Assembly (NCBI RefSeq): GCF_004010195.1
Contig: NC_057745.1
Span: 8,467,591-8,531,590, forward strand
From: Chiloscyllium plagiosum
Lineage: Eukaryota
DNA: 64,000 nucleotides
Direction: 5' to 3'
The position numbers and the translations under genes were made by a program. How positions within the stretch are numbered: position 1 is the first letter of the stretch; every line of letters begins with the position of its first letter. Below the pieces are notes generated by a model. It made no database searches, was not told the origin of the DNA, and worked only from the letters and a program-made list of their open reading frames with translations. Positions 12,790-25,260 of this stretch are shown one piece after another.

Positions 12790-13080
12790 TAGAACCAGAA
12801 TCATAGATTCACTGCAATGGGGAAGCAGGCCATTCAGCCCATCAAGTCCACACTGACCCTTCAAAGAGCATCCCACCCAGACCCACCCCAGCTCTATAAC
12901 CCTGTGGCCAATCCATTTAACTTGCACATCTGTGGGAGGAAACCAGAGCACCTGCAGGAAACCCATACAGACACAGAGAACGTGCAACTTCCAAACAGAC
13001 AGTCACTGGAGAGTGGAAGTGAACCCAGGTTTCTGGCACTGTGAGGCAGCAATGCTAACCATGGAGCCACTGTACCACCC
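12790..13080 (-). mobile_element. HE1-like tRNA SINE
   Basis: Reverse-complement match to the other SINE copies. Confidence 0.8.
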
Positions 13081-13254
13081 TATTGCGTTGTGGAGCAGGC
13101 TCAAGGGGACGAAAGATTACCCCCATTCCTATTTTTCATGGCGACTTACAATGGTTAAGAAGTTAGAAGAACTTTGTTCACTAAGAATACACGCAGGGCC
13201 ATGGACAGAAGTCATGTGCCCTAGTACTGTTCATGGCCAAGACCCTCAGCCTGA

Positions 13255-13556
13255 CCCCAGAACAGTGCTAGGGACCCCGGGTCAATTCCTGCCTCAGGCT
13301 GCTGCCTGAATGGAATTTGCACGTTCTCCCAGTGTCTGCATGGGTTTCCGCCAGGTGCTCCGGTTTCCTCCTACAGTCCAAAGGCGAGCAAGTTAGGTGG
13401 ACTGGCCGTGATAAATTGCCCGCAGTGTTCAGGGGATACGTAGGCTAGTTGAATTAGCCATGAGAAATGCAGGGTTACAGGGATAGAGTGGGGGATGGGT
13501 CTGGGTGGGATGCTCTTCAGAGGGTTGGCCTGTTTCCACACTGTAGGGATTCCATA
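13255..13556 (+). mobile_element. HE1-like tRNA SINE (5' degenerate)
   Basis: SINE core and gcctgtttccacactgtaggg tail. Confidence 0.75.
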
Positions 13557-13908
13557 AAACAACAGAGAGCCGCAGGGCCTGATTTTGGGAGCCCGGAGTT
13601 TCTGTTATTATGTACTCTGAGGAATCCTGAGGAAAGTAAGGCTTTAGCACACAGGCCTTGTAATATAAAAGGTGAGGTTCACCTAAAAGTTGATAAAGTC
13701 AAAAACCAATCAAGGTAGCAAGTGGCAAAACCCAGTTATATCTGTTCTAAACAGATAATTCAGTTCAGTCAAAATCAACCAGAACAAAATAAAAGCATCA
13801 CTACTTGTTTCTGAAGAAATCAAAGGCTGACAACACTCTGAAGACAAGCAGAAGTGTGAGGGAGAGAGATTAGAAACGCAAGACTATTAATTCAGGCAGA
13901 TTCCTATA

Positions 13909-14130
13909 CAGTTAGTTTTTCTATAACGTGATGGTTGTGTTCTTGCACAACGCTACATTATAGGAAAAATCACGCTTTAGAAACAGCACTTAAAGTGTTG
14001 GTGATGTAATCGCGTTACAGCCAGTGCACATTTTAAAAGTTGACGCTTTCCAAATAGTATCTGTAATTTGTCAATCACGTTACAGCAGGTTCACGTTGAG
14101 AAAATGCACATTATACAGCAGAATGACCTG
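13909..14130. mobile_element. MITE, Tc1/mariner-Tigger-like
   Basis: TA|CAG...CTG|TA ends with imperfect TIRs; related copy at 15109-15325. Confidence 0.6.
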
Positions 14131-14171
14131 TACTGAGCACAAGGTTTGTTTCATAATTCGTATCACCTTAC

Positions 14172-14370
14172 TTTGAGGTTGAAGCTTCTCAAGAACTGGT
14201 CGGATGCTTTTCAGAGCTATAACTGCGGTTCTCTTTATTCCTTTCTCAGAAACCTCCCAAACTGATGCAACAACAGGATACTTGTCCTTGGTTTTGTTAT
14301 AAACATTACGGAAGGAGTTGCAAGTGGAACTTACTGCCATCAGGCTGCTGAACCTCTGTATGAAGTTCCT
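14172..14370 (-). CDS. PLIN1: Perilipin-1 coding exon 2, PAT domain (RNFIQRFSSLMAVSSTCNSFRNVYNKTKDKYPVVASVWEVSEKGIKRTAVIALKSIRPVLEKLQPQ)
   Basis: PAT motifs VSSTC..Y..TK..P.VASV....EKG; ttttag acceptor, gtaag donor; 199 nt, phase 0 to 1; assignment to PLIN1 rests on synteny with PEX11A/WDR93. Confidence 0.92.
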
Positions 14371-14399
14371 CTAAAATGTAAAAAAGGAACGAGAGACAA

Positions 14400-14897
14400 G
14401 TTTCATTGATTTATTACTGTCACAAGTACCGAGATATCGTGAAAAAGTATTGTCTTACGTGTTAAATAGGTAGTTTATACTATAAAAGTGCATCAGGGTA
14501 ACAGAACAGAGTGCAGGATACAGTGTTACAGCTACCAAGAAGGTGCAGAGAGAGATCCTTCTTAACATTAAAAGAGGTTGATTCAAAAGTCTGATAATAG
14601 CGGGGAAGCTGCTCTTTCTGAATTTGTTTGTACGTGTACAGAAACATTTATATTCTCTGCCTGATGGAAGAGGCTGGAAGAGAGTATAATCAGGATGGGA
14701 GGGGTCTTTGATTCTGTTGGTTGCTTTCCCCAGGCAGTAGGAAGTACCAATGGAGTCCATGATCAATGGGAGGCTGGCTTGTATGATGGATGGAGCTGTG
14801 TTCACAACTCTCTAGTTTCTTTGGTCTTGAGAAGAACGGTTGCCATACCACACTATGATGCAACCAGATAGGATGCCTTCTATGGTGCATCTATAAA
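14400..14897 (-). mobile_element. Rex1/Babar-like LINE 3' fragment
   Basis: Minus strand encodes (with frameshifts) YRCTIEGILSGCIIVWYGN..IKDPSHP.YTLFQPLPSGR..RTNKFRKS.FPAIIRLLN, typical of the C-terminus of this clade. Confidence 0.7.
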
Positions 14898-15108
14898 AAT
14901 GAGGTGTTATGTTTTGATATGCAAATTGATTACTTTTAACATTTAAACAACTGTTAATGCTACATATAGTTGTTTAGGCTGGGACTTGAGAACCAATTTA
15001 CTATTAATAATGTCAGAAGTTCCTGCTACAACACCCCCATTGCACTTCAAGCATTAAGATGGTTTACTCAAGCTCGTGGTGAAGAGCTAATGCTAATCGA
15101 AATATCAA

Positions 15109-15325
15109 CAGTCGATTTTGCTTTAATGTGGTAGTTCCATTCTCATGCAACCGTGTGATAAGAAAATCGCATAATCACAGCACCATTTAAATCAATGGGG
15201 CTGGAATCGCGTTATAACCAATACATACTTGAAACATTTGTGCTTTGGAAACAGTGTCCCTAATTCATCAATCATAATACAGCAAATTCACATTAATGAA
15301 ACACATGTTGTAGCGGAACGACCTG
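15109..15325. mobile_element. MITE, second copy of the 13909-14130 family
   Basis: Colinear similarity (aatcgcgtta, acagca..ttcac, gacctg end). Confidence 0.55.
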
Positions 15326-15379
15326 AATTTCTTCCCTGGCATCCAGTGACAGTGTAGCTTGTATAATGTTCTTTCTTAC

Positions 15380-15418
15380 CCGACTTGTCATGCAATTGCT
15401 TTGCCCATCTTCAGACAT
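15380..15418 (-). CDS. PLIN1: Perilipin-1 first coding exon (MSEDGQSNCMTSR); exon begins at 15427
   Basis: tttacag acceptor, 9-nt UTR, ATG, 39 nt phase 0, CGG|gtaaga donor; matches the short first coding exon of perilipins. Confidence 0.75.
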
Positions 15419-15843
15419 GATGGTAACCTGTAAATAGTAAGTGCACATCCTTTTTAAGTCTAAAAGCAAACTTCGATGGATGCAGGAGATTTGAAACAGA
15501 AACATGATAATACAGAATTATGGTCTGTGGAGGGAGAAAGAGAGTTAATTTCTCAAGTTACATGACTTTTTCAGAAATCTACATCTATGTCCTATTACCA
15601 ACATCTGAAGCAGAGAGAAATAACATCACTGGACATATTTAAATGACTACATCCTTAGAAGACAGTACCATAGCAATGAGATTAGTCTGCAATTGCTAGG
15701 TAAAATAGTGCGCAGTTTGCAGAGGCTGACGCCTAAAATAAAGGTGAAGTAAATTAAGGTATAGCATTCCAGTGTGGTATTGTACTGGTGACGAAAAGAT
15801 GTATGTGGATTATAACCTTCTAATCCATTGTAACGGGGGACCC

Positions 15844-15846
<3 letters not shown>

Positions 15847-15881
<35 letters not shown>
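15847..15881. repeat. (GA)n microsatellite
   Basis: Direct. Confidence 0.95.
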
Positions 15882-15884
<3 letters not shown>

Positions 15885-15898
15885 AGATAGCATGTTAG

Positions 15899-17253
15899 TT
15901 GAGACCACCAGTGAGCCTGATGTCAGTGGTGGGCAAGTTGTTGGAGGGAATCCTGAGGGACAGAATGTACATGTATTTGGAAAAGCAAGGACTGATTAAG
16001 GCTAGTCAACATGGCTTTGTGTGTGGGAAATCACGTCTCACAAACTTGATTGAGTTGTTTGAAGAAAGAAAGAGGATTGATGAGGGCAGAGCGGTGGAAG
16101 TGATCTAAATGGACTTCAGCAAGGTGATAGACAAAGTTCCCCATAGGAGCCTGGTTAGATCTCAAGGAATACAGGGAGAACTAGTCATTTGGATACAGAA
16201 CTGGCTCAAAGGTAGAAGACAGAGGGTGGTGGTGGAGGGTTGTTTTTTCCTGTGACGATGTAGAGTGCCACAAGCATCAGTGCTGGGTCCTCTACTTTTT
16301 GTCATTTATATAAATGATTTGGATGTGAACATAAGAGGTATAGTTAGTAAGTTTGCTGATGACACCAAAATTGGAGGTGTAGTGGACAGCAAAGATTACA
16401 ACAGGATCTGGACCAGATGAGCCAATGGACTGAGAAATGGCAGATGGAGTTTAATTTAGATAAATGCGAGGTGCTGCATTTTGGGAAAGCAAATCTCAGC
16501 AGCACTGATACACTTAATGGTAAGGTCCTAGGGAGTGTTGCTGAACAAAGAGATCTTGGAGTGCAGGTTCATAGCTTTTTGAAAGTGGAATCACAGGTAG
16601 ATAGGATAGTGAAGAAGGCGTTTGGTATGCTTTCCTTTATTGGTCAGAGTATTGAGTTTAGGAGTTGGGAGGTCATGTTGCGGCTGTATAAGACATTGGT
16701 TAGGCCACTTTTGGAATATTGTGTGCAATTCTGATCTCACTCCTATCGGAAGGTTGTTGTGAAACTTGAAGGTGTTCAGAAGAGATTTACAAAAATGTAG
16801 CCAGGGTTGGAGGATTTGAGCTATAGGGAGAGGTTGAATAGGTTGGGGCTGTTTTCCCTCGAGCGTCGGAGGCTGAGGGTGACCTTATAGAGGTTTTTAA
16901 GATCATGAGGGTCATGGATAGGATAAATAAACAAAGTCTCTTCCCTGGATGGGGGAGTCCAGAACTAGAGGATGTAGGTTTAGGGTGAGAGGAGAAAGAT
17001 ATAAAAGAGACCTAAGGGGCAACTTTCTCACGCAGAGGGTTACGTGTATGGAATGAGCTGCCAGAGGAAGTGGTGGAGGCTAGTACAATTGCAACATTTA
17101 AAAGGCATTTGGATGGGTATATGAATAGGAAGGGTTTGGAGGGATATGGGCCGGGTGCTGGCTGGTGGGACTAGATTGGGTTGGAATATCTTGTCGGCAT
17201 GGACGGGTTGGACCAAAGGGTCTGTTTCCATGCTGTACATCTCTATGACTCTA
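15899..17253 (+). mobile_element. CR1 LINE, 5'-truncated RT-3'UTR copy
   Basis: RPVSL.SVVGKLLE, SQHGFV.GKS.LTNLIE, KFADDTK, WQMEFN.DKC.VLHFG, LVRPLLEYCVQF; ctctatgactct tail. Confidence 0.92.
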
Positions 17254-17515
17254 CTGCAGGGGTAACTAAGGGATTTATTCCTTTTTTTTTTAATTTATCT
17301 GTTATCAATCTAGGGTTGGGGAGGGCGAAGGTGAGTGAAGTAAAAAGAGGGGTCATCATTAATGAAATTATTTTATGCATCAGAATCATAGAATCCTTCC
17401 AGTGCAGATAGAGGCCCATCAAGTCTACACTGACATTCTGACAAGCATCCCACCCAACCCTGTCCATTTCCCATTGGTGAGGGGAGCAGAGGTTGGTGGC
17501 ATACTGATAATTTCA

Positions 17516-17645
17516 GTGGGCAAAAGGAAGTACTATAGATGCTGGAGATCAGCCCTTCAGTCCTGGAGGCCTTTTGCCCGAAACATCGATTTTCCTGCTC
17601 CTGAGATGCTGCATGACCTGCTGTGCTTTTCCAGCACCACACTCT
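17516..17645. mobile_element. Internally deleted fold-back Penelope-like terminal element
   Basis: Tail (agatgctggagatcag) plus opposite arm (gcccgaaacatcgatt..); TSD tgataatttca at 17505-17515 and 17646-17656. Confidence 0.65.
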
Positions 17646-18873
17646 TGATAATTTCACTAATCTAGTAATCCAGAATCTGAGTTTATAGGTCATAGCATAT
17701 CAAGTGATGAAACCTGAATCCAAAGATCTGGAATAAAAAAGCTGATGACCACTATTAATTGTTGTAAAAACCCATCTAGTTCACTCATATCATAGAATCA
17801 ATCGTAGAACCCTTACAGTGTGGAAGCAGGCCATTTGACCCATCAAGTCTATAGTGTCCCTCAGAACAGCATCCCACCCAGACCCATGGATTAACTAGTT
17901 CATTCAAATCATTGTGCTTTCTAGGACCATGTCATGTGCAAACTTTGCAGTTGATGATGGCTACACTTTAAAAGTAATAATAGGTTAAGAAGAAATTTGA
18001 AACAGCCAGGGACATACCAGAAAGCATTTTATGAACACAATATATTTCACTTGATGGGGAATGGCCGCCACAGAATCAAAATTGGGATTGGTTCACCATA
18101 AATTTGGAGGAGGTTAGAACTTTGACGAGTTGAAAAAATGGTCAAAGTGGGGCATGCACAGAGTACTCAAATAGGACCTTTGCATTGAGAAAGATTGAAT
18201 GGACTAGAACCAATCTGCTATTGTAATGGAGGTACAGAGCAAGGAAAGGGACAAATAATCAAAGTTAATAAAGTGGACGTCGAGCAAGCCAAACACTCAA
18301 AATGGAGAGACATCAAGGAGTAGTGATAGAGCATCCAAATGAATTCAACAACTTGTCTTACCATAGCAGCCCCGCAGGTCAAAAATATTGGCTGTTTGTG
18401 GACTCTATTTAAATATATAATTAAGAACATTAAAATAGACAATTTGAGCCGATGGCTGTATGCTCCAAAGTCCTTAAGCTTCATCATTTAATCACTATTT
18501 TGCACGCACCCCTTTGAGGAATTCTGACTTCGATCAAACGCAGGCAACTTCAAGGATTGTAGACACAAAGCTATTCCCAAGCTTGCAGAGAAATATTTAC
18601 AAAGCTTTGACCCTAAAAGAAGCCCACGCGAATGGAATCAGCGCCGTACAGTCCGGCAAACTAGATATCGTTAAAGGCAAACTCACTTCCCTTCAGAAGT
18701 TGGGGCAATCTCATTGCACAAAAGCATGCAACTGGAAAATAACAGAGAAATGTTCAGTAGTGTTTAAATCATGGATTTACTCAACAGTGGGGATGGGAAG
18801 GACTGAGCCCACAAAACCGGACGCTTGCTTTGTTTTTGCTCCTAAAAGGTTCTGACTGTCCCCAAATACTCAC

Positions 18874-18925
18874 AGTTCAGCGATATCCCAGCAAGGAATT
18901 ACAATCAAACCGTGCGGAGTAACGA
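18874..18925 (-). other. PLIN1: Putative non-coding first exon of PLIN1
   Basis: gtgagt donor at 18873-18868, just downstream of a TATA-like box; TSS position is inferred. Confidence 0.5.
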
Positions 18926-18949
18926 AAGAAACCTCCCTCCATCCTGAAA

Positions 18950-18990
18950 TTAAATAGCATGTGGAGCCCACCCCTCCACGCCCATTGGAC
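18950..18990 (-). promoter_or_regulatory. Putative PLIN1 core promoter: CCAAT (18984-18988), GC/CACCC boxes (18967-18983), TATA-like TATTTAA (18950-18956)
   Basis: Minus strand gtCCAATGGGCGTGGAGGGGTGGGctccacatgcTATTTAA, canonical order. Confidence 0.6.
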
Positions 18991-19544
18991 AGCACCGCTA
19001 TCTGTTACAATTGCTGGCAGGGCTGCTCTTCAAATAAAATCATTAATTATTGCTATTATAATCCTACACAGAAGGAATAAAAAAGGTGATGTCCTTACTT
19101 CTGTGTTTATATCTCACCCTGGCCTGGAGGGGTGTTAAAATTAAAGCGCTGTTGAAGTAGAGTCCCTTCCTCTGGGCTAGAAGGTCGAGGTGTCAGTCTA
19201 GCCTCTGTATGTGATGGAAACTGAGGTGTCATACAGGTTGAATAAAATAAAGCAGTGAATAATTAATAATCAATAATTTTTATCATTCTAATTCTTCTCT
19301 TGAATTGTGTGCGTAAGAAATAAAGGGGATATTGTGGCAAAGTAATACTGTCCCTGCTTCTGGGTTCAAGTCCCACCTGCAATGAAAACATTTCATGACC
19401 TGCCTGAACAGGTCGATAAAGTTTTTTGTTTTAAAATGAGGGATGTAAACTTGATGCTGTCAAATTAGACAAAAACAAACAGTGGAGAATGGGAAGCAGG
19501 TTACATTTTGAGTACCAGTGCAATTTCCGGAGATCAGTTAGCAA

Positions 19545-19729
19545 GAAATAAAAACAGGACGTGCTGGTTTGGCAGCATCTGTGGAGAGAGGAATAGAGTT
19601 TATTGTTTAGGCCTGTGATCTGAAACATTAACTCTTTCTCTCTCCACAGATAGGTGTCACATCTGACCTGCTAAGGGTTTCCAACATTTTCTGCATTTGT
19701 TTCAGATCCCCAGTATCCATAGTACTCTT
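19545..19729. mobile_element. Older fold-back Penelope-like terminal element (family 2)
   Basis: Inverted ggcagcatctgtggagagag / ctctccacaga arms; relatives at 11926-12100, 21325-21470, 25435-25770 and 28367-28575. Confidence 0.55.
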
Positions 19730-19952
19730 TGAGGAGAAAGTGAGGTCTGCAGATGCTGGAGATCAGAGCTGGAAATGTGTTGCTGGAAAAGCGCAGCAGG
19801 TCAGGCAGCATCCAGGGAACAGGAGAATAGACGTTTCGGGCATAAGCCCGAAGAAGGGCTTCCTGAAGAAGGGCTTATGCCCGAAACGTCGATTCTCCTG
19901 TTCCCTGGATGCTGCCTGACCTGCTGCGCTTTTCCAGCAACACATTTCCAGC
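19730..19952. mobile_element. Fold-back Penelope-like terminal element; intact hammerhead core at 19863-19890 (+)
   Basis: Inverted arms; TSD tccatagtactctt at 19716-19729 and 19953-19966. Confidence 0.85.
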
Positions 19953-20910
19953 TCCATAGTACTCTTAGCTAACAAGTTACGAGGGCATTAGAAGATGGAA
20001 AACAAAATGCTAGGTAAAGGAACATTGTTTTCTTTTCATTCATACACAGGATGTGGATAACACTGGCTTGACCAGCATTTATTGCGCATCCCTAATTAAC
20101 CAGACAACAGTTAAGAGTCATCCATATTGCTGGTGGTCTAGAGTCACATGTAGGTCAGACCAGGTAAGGATGACATTTCCAAAATGACAGCAAATTGTGG
20201 CAACAGAACATTTCTCACTGTGTTTCCCTAATATATATGACAATAAATCATTCATTCCCTAATGGACATTAGCGAACTAGATGAGTTTTTTCTCCAACAA
20301 TTGACAATGATTTCCTAATCATCATTAGATTATTAATTCCAGATTTTTTATTAAATTCAAGTTCCACTATCTGCCATGGCAGAATTGGAACCCAGGTTCC
20401 CAGGACATTACCTTAGTCTCTTGATTAATAATATACCAATAATAGCACTGGGTCGTTATTTCCCATTATTCTTCCCTATCAGAGGAAAGGGTATCATCAA
20501 TAGACTTTTCCAGCGGCCATTCTGATATGCCAGCTCAGTTAAACTGATACAGAAATATTGCAGCTGAAGATACACAGACCCACAGATGCTGACAGGCCTG
20601 CTGAATAATTCCATCGTTGACCCTTTTTACAGCTCAAAACAACATTGCCAGGGAGATTGAAAGATTGTATTCCCCTCCAATTTCATTTCTATGGGTATCA
20701 TCTGTCATGAGAATAGATCATGAAAACAAATTACTTATGGAAAACAAATTACTTATGGATGTACTGAAATCTTAAGTAGAAAATGTTTTTAAAATGATGG
20801 ATATATAGGTGAAAAGATGGCTGAGAATGTGAATTCAGAGGCTGTTGGAAACACCCCCTGGTGATTACATTGCATCCTGAAAGGAACCATGAAATGTCAC
20901 AGCTGACTAA

Positions 20911-21127
20911 TTAGATTAGATTACAGTGTGGAAACAGGCCCTTCGGCCCAACAAGTCCACACCGACCCGNNNNNNNNNNNNNNNNNNNNNNNNNNNNNNN
21001 NNNNNNNNNNNNNNNNNNNNNNNNNNNNNNNNNNNNNNNNNNNNNNNNNNNNNNNNNNNNNNNNNTGAACCCGGATCTCTGGCGCTGTGAGGCAGCAGTG
21101 CTAACCACTGTGCCACCATGCCGCCCC
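20911..21127 (-). mobile_element. Young HE1-like SINE spanning an assembly gap (N 20970-21065)
   Basis: Both SINE ends visible. Confidence 0.8.
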
Positions 21128-21972
21128 AAATGTCAAGGGAATTTTAGACAGCAGCTGTTCAAGGGGAGAGATGTCATCTAAAAAATGGAACTTTGATCTC
21201 CTGTGGTTACAGAGATAATGAGGGGCTGATTAGTGACTCTCAGCAGAAAACTATCTCCTGTAGGTTGTGTTGCAGACTGTAGTCATATGTAAGTTGAAAG
21301 AAAGGTAGTTCTGACTAAAAGGCAGTTCATGTTTTGAGCATAGTGACCCTTCTTTAGAACAGGGTTAGGGTTCTAAAGAAGGGTAATTGCATTTCGAATG
21401 TTAACTCTGCTTTCTCTCCACAGATGCTGCCAGACCTGCTGAGTTTCTCCATCAATTTCTAATTTTGTTAGAGTCCCTGATTGCTGAAAATGTCATCCAT
21501 TGCTGGGGAAAACTGGATAAATTCCTTTGAGTCAAATGCAGAACCAATAATCTCTAAATAACCACTCAACTACATTACTGAATTCACCCACCTGAATAGC
21601 CTCAATGTTTTACAATATGTTCATCACAGCCAAGCCAAAGACTGGCTCATACATTTTTTATTTTCTCATTTCTAAGCTCTGTGTATGTTTGTCACACTAT
21701 TATATTTTCTTATGTTTTAGTAACTAATAAGCTAAGATTTTAATTCAAGAAAGCTTGGCTTAATTGGATGCTTTTAAAACAGAAATACATTTTTGTTGGG
21801 AAATGAAATTCGTAAGGGAATGGATTCTTTTATAAAGTAACCCTGTTGTCAGCAACCAAAGGAGGGGCTGTGTAAAGAAAGAGAACCACTTCATCGCATA
21901 GCCCCCCCCAGAGCGTAGCCATTTCAGGGAATCTCATCCAGAATCATAACCGATTGATGTCACTTGCCCGTA

Positions 21973-22317
21973 TAGAATTAGAATCAGAATCCCAACTGTG
22001 TGGAAACAGGCCCTTCAGCCCAAGTCCACACTAACCCTCCGAAGAGTATCCCACGCAGATCCATTCCCCTATATTTACCCCTGACTCATGTAGCTAACCT
22101 ACACATCCCTAAACACTATGGGCAATTTCGCAGGGCCAATTCACCTAACTTGCACATCTTTGGGTTGTGGGAGGAAACCAGAGCATCTGGAGGAAACCCA
22201 CGCAGACACTGAGAGAATGTGCAAACTCCAAACAGACAGTTGCCAGAGGGTGGAATTGAACCTGGGTCCCTGGCACTATGAGGCAGCAATGCTAACCATG
22301 AGCCACCGTGCCACCCC
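21973..22317 (-). mobile_element. HE1-like tRNA SINE
   Basis: Full-length reverse-complement copy. Confidence 0.85.
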
Positions 22318-24836
22318 TTGTAGACCAGTTACAACCTCTGATAATGTTCAGAGCAGCAGACATCTAATGGGCTATGTGAAAGTTTGTGTGAAGTTGTATT
22401 AAAAGTGGTCACCGTAGTCCTACGGGACTATAGTGTTGCTCTGTCATTAGAGAAAGACGACTGGTTGTGATTTAAAGTAAGGGTCACCATACCTCAGGTG
22501 AGGTGAGAAGGTGAGGAGAGTTCTTCATAGTAATCTCAGCTGGTGGGGAAATTGATTCCACTCTGTTGGCAACACTGTATCATAAACCAGCTGTCCAGCC
22601 AACTAAGCTAATGGACCCTGATGAAGTTGTAATAACTTGTTATGGAATGCAGTTTGGTCATTGATCAGCGTGCAAAACTATTAGAAGATATACTTAAGAG
22701 AATTTACAAATGCTGAGATGTAATTTAATGGTTATATCATATTCAGGGAAATTGAAAACTGATGATTGTGTCAGTTAGATAGCTTTAGTATATAGTTGCC
22801 CAATAGCACAAGAGCTATGTTACAATCTTTGTTCAAATGACTTAATCACTGAAGCATTCTGGATTAATGATTATATGTTTAGTTCAACTCCCTGACAGAA
22901 TAAATAGTTCTTTGACGCCAATTTCTCAATTACATCACTGTTTAAACATAAATATTCAGAAAAAACATCAACACAGACAGAAAATAAATAAAGCAAAGAC
23001 CTATCGGTAACTACTTCATATTTCAAAAGGTTACTGAACTTTATGATCTTGATTTAGAAAGGAAATAATATGCACATTGGCAAAATACTAATTGGAAATC
23101 TATTTTTCTTTGTTATCATTGTATTATATCTGATACTTGAAATAGATAAGAGAATCTAGCTTATTATGTAAAAACTGAATATTTTTCATTCACTGAAGAG
23201 AGATTAATAACTTGCATACACCCACGAAGCAAGTGGGTGATGGTGATAGATAGGTTTTCCTGTCTGGATTAGATTTGAATGCAGACTGAGAAAAGTCAGA
23301 GAATTAAGGATGGCTGCTGATTGTCCGTGGATTCAACATACAAGTTTTCTGTGTCATGGGGAACTCAGATTGAGGCACCTGGAGTCATTGTTCCTGAAAG
23401 GCTTATCCTGTGACTCCCTGTCATCATAGATACAAAGTCAAATTGGGTATTTTGCACATGTTGATTAGATTTGCATGTCACAATGTTCGTTATAGGTTAG
23501 CATCCCACAGATCTCCACTCCTGCTGCCTCCTTCAGGGCCTTGGTAGCTTGGTTGGGTGACCAGAGAGGAAAGCGAGATAGGTCACACTTGTACAGAATT
23601 ACAAAACAAAGCAGTGAAGCATGGCTTCAGTTAAAAATCCTTTTGCACACACATTTTAGGATGCTTGTTTTTTTCCCCACATTGATCGGGGAAAGAAGGA
23701 TGCACACCTGATTGTGTCGCTGAAAAATTTAGACAAGTAATGCTTTGAAAGAGTGAATGATAGAAATGGAAGAGATATAGCAAACATGGTTCACATGGCA
23801 AGTTCATTCACATTAGCCATCTCTGCACCTGTAACAATCTCTAATTTCCTAACTCTAGAGTAACATCTCCTTTGATAGAAATCACACCTACCTTGTACTG
23901 ATATTGCCAAATAGAACAGCCATGTTCAAGAGGATTACATATTGGGGGAGATGAAATACATCCTTATTACTATTGTAACAAACTATGTATTTTGAATGTT
24001 TATTCACAAAGGGCAAAGCAACTCATCCTTTGTTAATATATTATTTCAACATACATGGCTGTCCTCCACTGAATGACAAAATGCAGCAAAGTCCTTGTTG
24101 TGAACTGAATTGACATCTTCCTCTGCCAATGATGTGGACACGTGTTTGCCATGATCAAGGACTGATAATCCGTGGACAGATCTCTCAGTCAGAAGAATTA
24201 GGATGAGTAGAATTACAATGTGTAAAGCACATATTACATGACATGACATTGCCTGGGTCCAGAATAAGGATTAAAAACTTTAAAGATGACAAAATGAGGG
24301 GGGGGGGAAGGGCACAAAATATATTCTGTTCTCAATAGTTGAACATTCAAGATATTTTTTATCCTGTAAAACCCTTCAGAGTATATAATGTCAGTGTCAG
24401 CAAATCCTATCTAAAGCTCAAACAAGGTCTTATTACCAATTCAGACAGGATTCAAGGCACCGATCATTGTGTCTTAGATCTTGCTGTTTGTGATTGGCAG
24501 TTTTAAGCTCTGGACTGGGCAAGCTGATTTTAAATGTGACAGTTGGTGACGACTGCTTCACTTCACAGTTGTGAAGTGAACAATGGACACTGAATCTAGT
24601 GTCTTACATATGACTTAGCAAAGACAGCAAATGAGAATTTAGAGCTTTTATAGGTTTGGTACATATACTGCACATTATGTCATTTATACTTTGCACCTTT
24701 TATTCTCTTGTACTTCATATGAATTTTATTAAATTTCCAAGTGATCTGACATGCTTAGAAATTAGGTGAAAAATAATACAATCAGTTCTGGTGGAATTTG
24801 GAATATTCAAACATGCAGTCCAAAGGTAAGAGTTCA

Positions 24837-25260
24837 CTTTAGTTATGAAGAGAGATTGGCTAGACTAGGGTTATTTTCCTTGGAGCAGAGGAGACTTTGT
24901 GGGTGGGTGGGTGGAGGGGGGACATGACTGAAATGTACACAATTATGAGAGACATAGACACGAAGAAACCTTTCCCATTGGTGGAAGGATCAATGACCAA
25001 CAACATAGATTTAAGGTACGGGGCAGGAGGTTAAGAGTTTTTTTGTGAGGACATTTTCCCCCCACTCAGTGGGTGGTGAGAATCTGGAACTCTCAGTCTG
25101 CATAAGCCCTCATAACATAAGAGGGATTTAGATGCACACTTGCGATGACAAGGCATAAAAGGCTCTGGGCTGGAAAATGGGTTAGGACAGATGGTTGTTT
25201 TGGTTGGTGCAAACTCAATTAGCTGAAGGGCCTCTTTCTGTGCTGTGGAACTCTATGATT
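24837..25260 (+). mobile_element. CR1 LINE 3' fragment (old)
   Basis: SYEERLARLGLFSLEQRR motif and ctctatgatt tail. Confidence 0.7.

Larger units (their letters stand above)
9060..12790 (+). mobile_element. Decayed CR1 LINE (ORF1 remnant, endonuclease, RT end, 3' UTR) interrupted by nested insertions
   Basis: LKALCLNAQSTRNKIDEL..DLIAI (APE endonuclease start) and QRRFTRMM..GLSYRQRL..RGDLIEAYRI (CR1 RT tail). Confidence 0.8.

Noticed and set aside
15772-15999. ORF with poly-RE tract
   Set aside because: Translation of a (GA)n microsatellite running into CR1
19763-19975. Near-identical peptides on both strands (MCCWKSAAGQAAS...)
   Set aside because: Consequence of the DNA palindrome; no evidence of coding
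20722-20757. 18-bp tandem duplication gaaaacaaattacttatg
   Set aside because: Simple local duplication; two units, no spacer, not CRISPR-like
22496-22514. AGGTGA repeats as the PLIN1/PEX11A PPRE
   Set aside because: Spacing is DR2 rather than DR1 and it appears to lie within a dispersed repeat
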